From: Deinococcales bacterium
GTDB lineage: Bacteria > Deinococcota > Deinococci > Deinococcales > JAAFIG01
Length of the DNA stretch: 64,000 nt
NCBI GenBank assembly: GCA_031414595.1
Contig: JANNVX010000064.1
Coordinates: forward strand, 1-64,000
Direction: 5' to 3'
Below the pieces are notes generated by a model. It was not told the DNA's origin, did no database searches, and was given only the letters and a program-made list of their open reading frames with translations. How positions within the stretch are numbered: position 1 is the stretch's first letter; each line of letters begins with the position of its first letter. Of this stretch, positions 57,936 to 64,000 are shown one piece after another. The position numbers and the translations under genes were made by a program.

Positions 57936-58409
57936 TCAAATCCCTTGTACTTTTTGGTACTGCTCGAGTTCTTCTGGGGTATAAACCTGCATAAATTCGA
58001 TTTCGATACCACCCGCGTCGTTGTCTAAAAATGCGACGTAACCTTCTGGGTGCGGGTGCGAACCATACACATCACACGCTTTACAAATGCGTAAACTTGC
58101 GCCGTGGGCTTGAGCATGTTCGAGAGCAGCTTTTATATCGCTGACTTCATAGCAAATATGATGCAGTCCTTCGGCGTTCCGTTCGGCAATCCAGGCTGCG
58201 AAACGTCCGTCGGCATCCATGCTTTCGCAAAGTTGATACTCGATGTTACCAAGGTTAAACAGCGCCACGCGATTGCGTGATTTTTGGTACTCGAGAATTG
58301 GCGTGTCGGCTGGCACATCCAAGAATCTCGAGTAGGTCTCGAGGGCTTTTTTGGCATCACGCACTGCAAACGCCATGTGCTTAATAGATTTAACTTCTGG
58401 GTTTGTCAT
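57936..58409 (-). CDS. VOC family protein (methylmalonyl-CoA epimerase-like)
   Basis: HMAFAVRD, EGLHHICYEV and IEIEF metal-ligand motifs. Confidence 0.8.
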   Translation of the reverse strand: MTNPEVKSIKHMAFAVRDAKKALETYSRFLDVPADTPILEYQKSRNRVALFNLGNIEYQLCESMDADGRFAAWIAERNAEGLHHICYEVSDIKAALEHAQAHGASLRICKACDVYGSHPHPEGYVAFLDNDAGGIEIEFMQVYTPEELEQYQKVQGI

Positions 58410-59611
58410 GCTTCCCCTTTTAACTTTGGTAGGGCTTTAGCAATTCGTTCCGCCGCTTCTTCTAATTTTTGAATTGGTTGCAATAATGAAATACGAATAA
58501 AATCATCGCTGTGGTCGCCAAATAACGAACCGGGGAAAATCATCACTTTGGCTTCCTCGAGTAAGCGCACACAAAAATTTCCAGCCCCTAAACCTGTGCT
58601 GCTGATATTGGTGTACAAATAAAATGCACCTTGAGGTTGTCCATAAGTCAGCCCTAAATTATCCAGTACCTTGCGAAAATAAGTGCGTCTCGAGGCAAAA
58701 ATTTGGCGGTACTCGAGAACACAATCTTGCGAACCCCGCAACGCCGCCAATGCTGCATGTTGCGAAACCGCAGGGGCGCAAATTGTTAAACCATGATGAA
58801 TTTCATTCATTGGAATCACCAATTCTCGAGGGGCAGCAAAATAACCAATGCGCCAACCCGTCATGGCGTAGGCTTTAGAAAAACCATTAACGGTGATGGT
58901 GCGTTCCTTCATGTTTGGTAGGCTGGCAAAACTGGTCACGGATGAACCGTCATAAACGAGGCGTTCGTAAATTTCATCGGAAATGACAATTAAGTTAAAT
59001 TCGATAGCTAAAGCCGCCAGTTTCTCAATTTCTGTTCTTGGCGTGACTGCTCCAGTCGGATTACTTGGGTTCATCAAACACAAAATTCTCGAGCGAGGCG
59101 TGATTTTTGCCCGAACCGCTTCGGCAGTCAATGCAAAATTATCTTTTTGGAAGGTTGGCACAGTCACAACCACGCCCCCCGCCAATTCAACCGCTTGATT
59201 GTAAGAAGTGTAACCCGGAGAAGTCAGCAGTACCTCGTCACCAGCATTTAGAAGCGCCAGCATACTGACATAAATACCTTCTTGCGCTCCTGCCGTGACC
59301 ACAATTTCATCTGCGGTATAGTGCAAAGAATTTTCTGTCTCGAGCTTATGGCAAATGGCTTGACGCAACTCGAGCAAGCCTTGCGGTGCAGTGTAATGGG
59401 TTGCCCCAGCCGCCAATGCCTTCTGTCCCGCCTCGATGATATGAATTGGCGTAGGCAAATCTGGGTCGCCACGCCCAAGCGCAATCACACCGTCCAGCTT
59501 AGCGGCAATGCCCAGCATCTTGGTGCGAATAGATTCATCTTGATGAATAATCCGGTCCGCAATTTGGTAACGCATGGTACTCACAAAATCTCCTTTGGTT
59601 GACTGCTGCAC
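58406..59611 (-). CDS. PLP-dependent aminotransferase class I/II (paralog of 51125..52318); start uncertain (59575-59611)
   Basis: SNPTG, SDEIY and GFSKAYAMTGWRIGY. Confidence 0.9.
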   Translation of the reverse strand: MQQSTKGDFVSTMRYQIADRIIHQDESIRTKMLGIAAKLDGVIALGRGDPDLPTPIHIIEAGQKALAAGATHYTAPQGLLELRQAICHKLETENSLHYTADEIVVTAGAQEGIYVSMLALLNAGDEVLLTSPGYTSYNQAVELAGGVVVTVPTFQKDNFALTAEAVRAKITPRSRILCLMNPSNPTGAVTPRTEIEKLAALAIEFNLIVISDEIYERLVYDGSSVTSFASLPNMKERTITVNGFSKAYAMTGWRIGYFAAPRELVIPMNEIHHGLTICAPAVSQHAALAALRGSQDCVLEYRQIFASRRTYFRKVLDNLGLTYGQPQGAFYLYTNISSTGLGAGNFCVRLLEEAKVMIFPGSLFGDHSDDFIRISLLQPIQKLEEAAERIAKALPKLKGEA

Positions 59612-59630
59612 ACAAGAACGTGAATTCCGA

Positions 59631-59745
59631 CGAACTCCCCCTCGCTTCGCTCGACCCCTCCATGAGGGGTGCTAAGGTCAAGGTCTGGCACTTTGCCCCC
59701 CTCATGGAGGGGGAAACTCGAGCGAAGCGCGAGTGGGGGAGTTCG
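59631..59745. repeat. ~115-bp long imperfect inverted repeat (MITE/REPIN-like)
   Basis: CGAACTCCCCC-TCGCTTCGCTCGA-CCCCTCCATGAGGGG pairs with CCCCTCATGGAGGGG-TCGAGCGAAGCG-GGGGGAGTTCG. Confidence 0.75.
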
Positions 59746-59820
59746 TGACCAATTGCGTTTTGCCAAGATACTTTGAGGCTGTTTTGTCTCGAGTTTTTAT
59801 CTCGAGACACGGCGTTTGAT

Positions 59821-61653
59821 TTAGCGCTTTACATAAGCTGTGTCTAAGAAATTAAAGAGTTCGCCAATGTAACCGTTGGCGGTGCTTTGGAATGCGCCCA
59901 TTGGGTCTTTGAGTTGGTCTTGGGTGTTGCCAACGCGGTTTTTATAGGCAACATGTAAGCCTCGAGTGTACAAGTAGACCAAAGGTAGGTTCTCGGCAGC
60001 CACTTTTTGAAATTGGTCGTAGATTTGTTTGCGAGCAGCCGTGTCCAGTGTCGAAAGCCCTTGGGTAACCAGTTTATCCAAGAGGATTTCAAAGGATTCT
60101 GGTTTTTCGGGTTTGCTCTGCCCAGCACGGTTTAAGTTCCAGATATGCGCCACACCGTTTAAGTTGTACAAGTTACGGCGGGTCGGTGGGTCAGAAACAC
60201 CACCAAAATCGGTGAACGACAAATCAAAGTTGCGAGTGCCATCTGGGTTAAAGTTGCGAAGCGCTGGGTTAATCACACTGCCATTGTCTGCCACGGTAAA
60301 ACTGGCATCAATACCAACTTTTTTCATGTCTTCGATGATGATTGGCGCAGCCACTTTTTGTAGGGCTTCGGTCGAGACCACCAAGGCGTTCATTTTGATG
60401 GCTTCGCCTTTGCTGTTGACCAAAAAGCCACTCGAGTTTTTGCGGGTAAAACCAAGTTCACGCAGCAAGGTAGCAGCTCGAGTCGGGTTGTAACTAAATT
60501 TGCTGCTGCCTTCGACAAATAAACTGTCGTTGTACCATTTGGTGTTACCGCTCGAGATAGGTCCGTACAATGGTTTGCCCAGTCCGCCCAATCCGACTTT
60601 GACAATTGTTTCACGGTCTACAAGGTGCGATAAGGCACGGCGGAATTTTGCATTGCGGCAGAGGGTGGCTTTGAACGGGTCTTTGTTTTGGAAGTTGCAA
60701 AAAATCGTCGAGGTCACAGCCGTTTGGGTGATGTTGATTTTCAGTTCGCCATCCAAACGTCCACTGCTGATGGCTTGGCGGACTCCTTGCACCTCGTCTA
60801 TGGTCAGTGGTTGGAAAACATCTTGTTGCCCAGCAATAAAACCAGCCAGACGTGCGTTGGTATCGGCAAAGTTCTTAGCGATAATGCGGTCTAAGTACGG
60901 TAATTTATTGCCTTTTTCGTCTACGCCCCAATAATCGGGGTTGCGGCGCAAGGTCATTTCTTCACCCGGTTTATAGGACTCAACCAAGAAAGGTCCTGCC
61001 CCAACGATGTTTTTAGGGTCGGTGCTGACATTGTACGCGCCTTGGACAGCCGCTTCGCCGCGTTCGGCAAGGGGTTGCCAAATGTGCTTAGGCACAATAG
61101 ACCAGTCAGCTAAGTCAAGGAAGGCTGCATCGGTGATGTTTAAGGTCATGCGAACCGTGTCTGCATCTACTTTCGTCCATTTAATTTCTTTGCCCGCTTG
61201 GGTAAAATCTGAGCGCTGTCTCGAGTTGATTTTGACGTTGCTGTGCAACTCGGCGCTGTAAATGATGTCATCGGCGGTCAGCGCTCTGCCATCTGACCAT
61301 TTGATGCCTGTGCGGATATTAAAGTTTACATCCAAACCGCGCTGCGTTACACTGGTACAAACATAGCATTCGTTCTGACCTGTGGCAGCATTAAACTGTA
61401 CCAACTGCGGAAACCAGAGGTACTGAATAAAGGTGTCCGAAAGCGACTGCACCGTAAACGGATTAAAAGTTGGTGGCAAACCAACCAAGCCGTAAGTCAG
61501 TGTTCCGCCTTTAACGGCTGTACCATCACCGCCAAAACGTGCTGTGCGAACCAAAGCCTGCGAGGACTGTTGGGCTTGTCCCTGAATCGAAACCACTGCT
61601 GCTGCAACCACCAGCGCAGCCCCGAGCCAACTGAGTTTTGAGCGAACGTTCAT
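59821..61653 (-). CDS. Peptide ABC transporter substrate-binding protein (family 5)
   Basis: Signal peptide; TFNP, KWSDG..LTADD, GAGPF and LPYLD. Confidence 0.9.
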   Translation of the reverse strand: MNVRSKLSWLGAALVVAAAVVSIQGQAQQSSQALVRTARFGGDGTAVKGGTLTYGLVGLPPTFNPFTVQSLSDTFIQYLWFPQLVQFNAATGQNECYVCTSVTQRGLDVNFNIRTGIKWSDGRALTADDIIYSAELHSNVKINSRQRSDFTQAGKEIKWTKVDADTVRMTLNITDAAFLDLADWSIVPKHIWQPLAERGEAAVQGAYNVSTDPKNIVGAGPFLVESYKPGEEMTLRRNPDYWGVDEKGNKLPYLDRIIAKNFADTNARLAGFIAGQQDVFQPLTIDEVQGVRQAISSGRLDGELKINITQTAVTSTIFCNFQNKDPFKATLCRNAKFRRALSHLVDRETIVKVGLGGLGKPLYGPISSGNTKWYNDSLFVEGSSKFSYNPTRAATLLRELGFTRKNSSGFLVNSKGEAIKMNALVVSTEALQKVAAPIIIEDMKKVGIDASFTVADNGSVINPALRNFNPDGTRNFDLSFTDFGGVSDPPTRRNLYNLNGVAHIWNLNRAGQSKPEKPESFEILLDKLVTQGLSTLDTAARKQIYDQFQKVAAENLPLVYLYTRGLHVAYKNRVGNTQDQLKDPMGAFQSTANGYIGELFNFLDTAYVKR

Positions 61654-61725
61654 ACTTCCTCCTTTGAAACCAAGCACCTTGTCTTCTCGAGCCGCTAATT
61701 TAAGTTAGAAATCGTTTCAAATAGA

Positions 61726-62895
61726 TCACCGCCTTGCCTTGGGGTCAAGTGCATCACGTAAACCGTCCCCCACAAAATTAAAAGCCAGTACCGCCACGAA
61801 AATAAAGAAGCCCGGAAGTAACATCCACGGTCTCGAGGTAAAAGTCTGCATTCCGCCTTCTTGTGCCACCGCCAGCATCAAACCCCAACTCGAGTTTGGG
61901 TCACTTATCCCAAGCCCAAGAAAACTCAGTCCAGATTCGGTCAAGATAAACCCCGGAATCAGCAGGCTAAACGAGACAATCGCAAAACTGGCAGTGGCGG
62001 GCAGAACATGCCTAAAAATAATTCGAGCATCCGCCGCCCCAAGCCCGCGAGCCGCCATCACAAAGTCTTCTTCGCGTAAGCTCAGCACCTGACCACGCAC
62101 TGCTCGAGCCACAGGACCCCAACGGATTAAACCAAGAATCATCACCACCACAAAATAAACCACCCCAGACTTGGCATCCAAAGGAAATAGCGCCCGCAGT
62201 GCCAGCAGCAAAAATAAACCGGGAATGGTCGCCAATATCTCGACGATACGCATAATAAAATCATCCAACCAACCGCCATAAAAACCAGAAATTGCGCCCA
62301 TCACTACACCGACAATTAGGGATAGGGTGGCAGCCATAATCCCGATGGTCAGTGTCACCCTTGCGCCAAACAGAATCCGGCTAAAGACATCGCGCCCAAG
62401 TTTATCTGCCCCCCAAACAAAAAGCGTGGCGGGTTTGTCTACCCCAAAAAGCCGTAAGGAAATTTGTGGGTCAAAACCCGAAGCATTGCGCCATGAAACT
62501 GGAATCAGGTTAATTGGAAACGGGGTGTACGGCTGCCCACTGGTCAAGAGTTTAATCGGAAAACGCTGCGTAATGTCTTCTTTGTACTCGAGTTCCAAGG
62601 TGTCCAGATTTAGGCTGCTCGAGACATTATAAACAAAGGGTAAGGTTAAGCTCTTGGTCTCGGGGTCAATCCAATGCACCTTGGTTGGCGGGGCGTAACT
62701 GCGGTCAATTGCGCCTCGAAAAAAAGATTCAGATTCGCCGTAAGGGGAAATAAAATCAGCCATTGCTGCCAGAGCATAGAAAAACCCCAGTACCCATAAA
62801 CTCAGCACTGCCAAACCGTGCTTGGCAAATTGAGTCCGCACCACTTGCCCTCGAGACAAGGCTTTGACGGGCGTGTTTTCGGTTAATAAGCTCAT
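61726..62895 (-). CDS. Peptide ABC transporter permease (OppC-like)
   Basis: GADKLGRDVFSR, FVMAARGLGA and GDGLRDALDP. Confidence 0.92.
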   Translation of the reverse strand: MSLLTENTPVKALSRGQVVRTQFAKHGLAVLSLWVLGFFYALAAMADFISPYGESESFFRGAIDRSYAPPTKVHWIDPETKSLTLPFVYNVSSSLNLDTLELEYKEDITQRFPIKLLTSGQPYTPFPINLIPVSWRNASGFDPQISLRLFGVDKPATLFVWGADKLGRDVFSRILFGARVTLTIGIMAATLSLIVGVVMGAISGFYGGWLDDFIMRIVEILATIPGLFLLLALRALFPLDAKSGVVYFVVVMILGLIRWGPVARAVRGQVLSLREEDFVMAARGLGAADARIIFRHVLPATASFAIVSFSLLIPGFILTESGLSFLGLGISDPNSSWGLMLAVAQEGGMQTFTSRPWMLLPGFFIFVAVLAFNFVGDGLRDALDPKARR

Positions 62896-63947
62896 GCGTA
62901 GCGAATCCTAGGGTCAACAAGGGCGAGTAACAAATCCGAAAATAAATTGCCAATCATCAGTAAAATTGCCGATAAGACCAATAAACCCATGACCACATAC
63001 AAATCTTGTTGTTGAATCGCAATCACAAAACCGGGCGTGATTCCGGGCCAACGGTAGACAAACTCGACCAAACCCGCACCAGTAACCAACTCGGGCAGAA
63101 TCGTGCCAAGCCCAGACACGACCGGACCAATGGCATTACGCAGCACATGCTTATAAGTCACAACCCGCTCAGATAAACCCTTGGCTCTGGCGGTGCGTAC
63201 AAAATCGGCTTTTAGGAACTCGAGCATCTGACTGCGAACTACTCGCACTAGACTGGATAAACCCGAGGTGGTGACCACAATGGTTGGTAAAATCAGATGC
63301 CAAGCGCGGTCAATCATCTGCTGCCACCACGGTAAATTGTCGTAAATCTCGGTGGTTCGCATCCCGCCGACTGGGAAAATCAAACCGTTTTTGAGGTCAT
63401 AGGTCAAAAACTCGAGTATCGGCTTGTACCACGCCTCCCCCTTTGCTACCTGACGCAAATCGGCTTGAAAGGCGAGGACACCGACAATCAAAAGCAGAAT
63501 AAAAAAGAAATTTGGCAGTGCCAGACCCATGATGCTTAAAAAACTCACGACTTTATCGCCATTGCTGTACTGTTTTGCCGCCTGATAAATGCCAATCGGA
63601 ATGGCTAAAACATAGGTCAGCACCAAAGAAATAACCACCAGACTGAGGCTATTCCAAATTAAAGGCACAATAATATCTGATACTGGCGAGCGGTAAGTAA
63701 ACGACTCCCCCAAATACCCAAGGGTCAGGATTCCCCAAATCCAACGAAAATACTGAACAATAATTGGTTGATCCAAGCCAAAATTCTGACGCAGCCGCTC
63801 GAGTTGCCCCGCATCAGCATTTGGGTCAAGCGCAAAACGGTCGGTGAAATCACCGGGGGTCAGTTGAATAATCATAAACGCCAGAAGTGTCGCCCCGATA
63901 AAGGTCGGCACAATTTGAAGTAAACGTTTTGCCACGTATTGAATCAC
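62892..63947 (-). CDS. Peptide ABC transporter permease (OppB-like)
   Basis: PGDF, FGLDQP, DFVRTARAKG and LVDPRIRY. Confidence 0.92.
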   Translation of the reverse strand: MIQYVAKRLLQIVPTFIGATLLAFMIIQLTPGDFTDRFALDPNADAGQLERLRQNFGLDQPIIVQYFRWIWGILTLGYLGESFTYRSPVSDIIVPLIWNSLSLVVISLVLTYVLAIPIGIYQAAKQYSNGDKVVSFLSIMGLALPNFFFILLLIVGVLAFQADLRQVAKGEAWYKPILEFLTYDLKNGLIFPVGGMRTTEIYDNLPWWQQMIDRAWHLILPTIVVTTSGLSSLVRVVRSQMLEFLKADFVRTARAKGLSERVVTYKHVLRNAIGPVVSGLGTILPELVTGAGLVEFVYRWPGITPGFVIAIQQQDLYVVMGLLVLSAILLMIGNLFSDLLLALVDPRIRYA

Positions 63948-63960
63948 GAGTCAGAACCTC

Positions 63961-63988
63961 GGAGGAAGGAGGAAGGAGGAAGGAGGAA
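63961..63988. repeat. Heptamer tandem repeat (GGAGGAA)4
   Basis: Directly visible in the sequence. Confidence 0.85.
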
Positions 63989-64000
63989 AAAAAACGAGTT

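Noticed and set aside
1-64000. CTCGAG excess as an XhoI cloning or assembly artefact
   Set aside because: The sites sit in-frame within intact conserved genes without breaking them, so they are genomic rather than ligation junctions.

Overview
A 64 kb chromosomal window from a Deinococcus-Thermus (Deinococcota) bacterium. The assignment is inferred from the hicd-pilMNO(W)Q synteny, the protein sequences and many leaderless -10/ATG starts; GC content looks lower (~50% by eye) than in model Deinococcus or Thermus. Contents in order: AT-rich membrane-protein genes, an SDR, homoisocitrate dehydrogenase, a type IV pilus/competence assembly operon with an extra chimeric gene, a DUF790 nuclease, and a complete system I cytochrome c maturation operon (ccmABCDEFGHI plus a Rieske gene) interrupted by Uma2 and a yefM-yoeB pair whose toxin carries an amber stop. 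Next come an ABC-F ATPase preceded by an MTRLR leader peptide, purEK, two more TA modules, a PadR-HAAS pair, a two-component system and tRNA-Arg(CCT). These are followed by a Schlafen/AlbA-ATPase plus single-chain R-M gene pair, fabH, asparaginase, rsmF, two peptide ABC importers and a ~15 kb uncharacterised catabolic operon. The dominant unexplained signal is a roughly 15-fold excess of the palindrome CTCGAG across the window. It also lies at the ends of local duplications and in hairpin stems, like a HIP-type highly iterated palindrome. No CRISPR array, rRNA, integrase or transposase was seen. All counts are manual and all family assignments are from motif recognition, not database searches.
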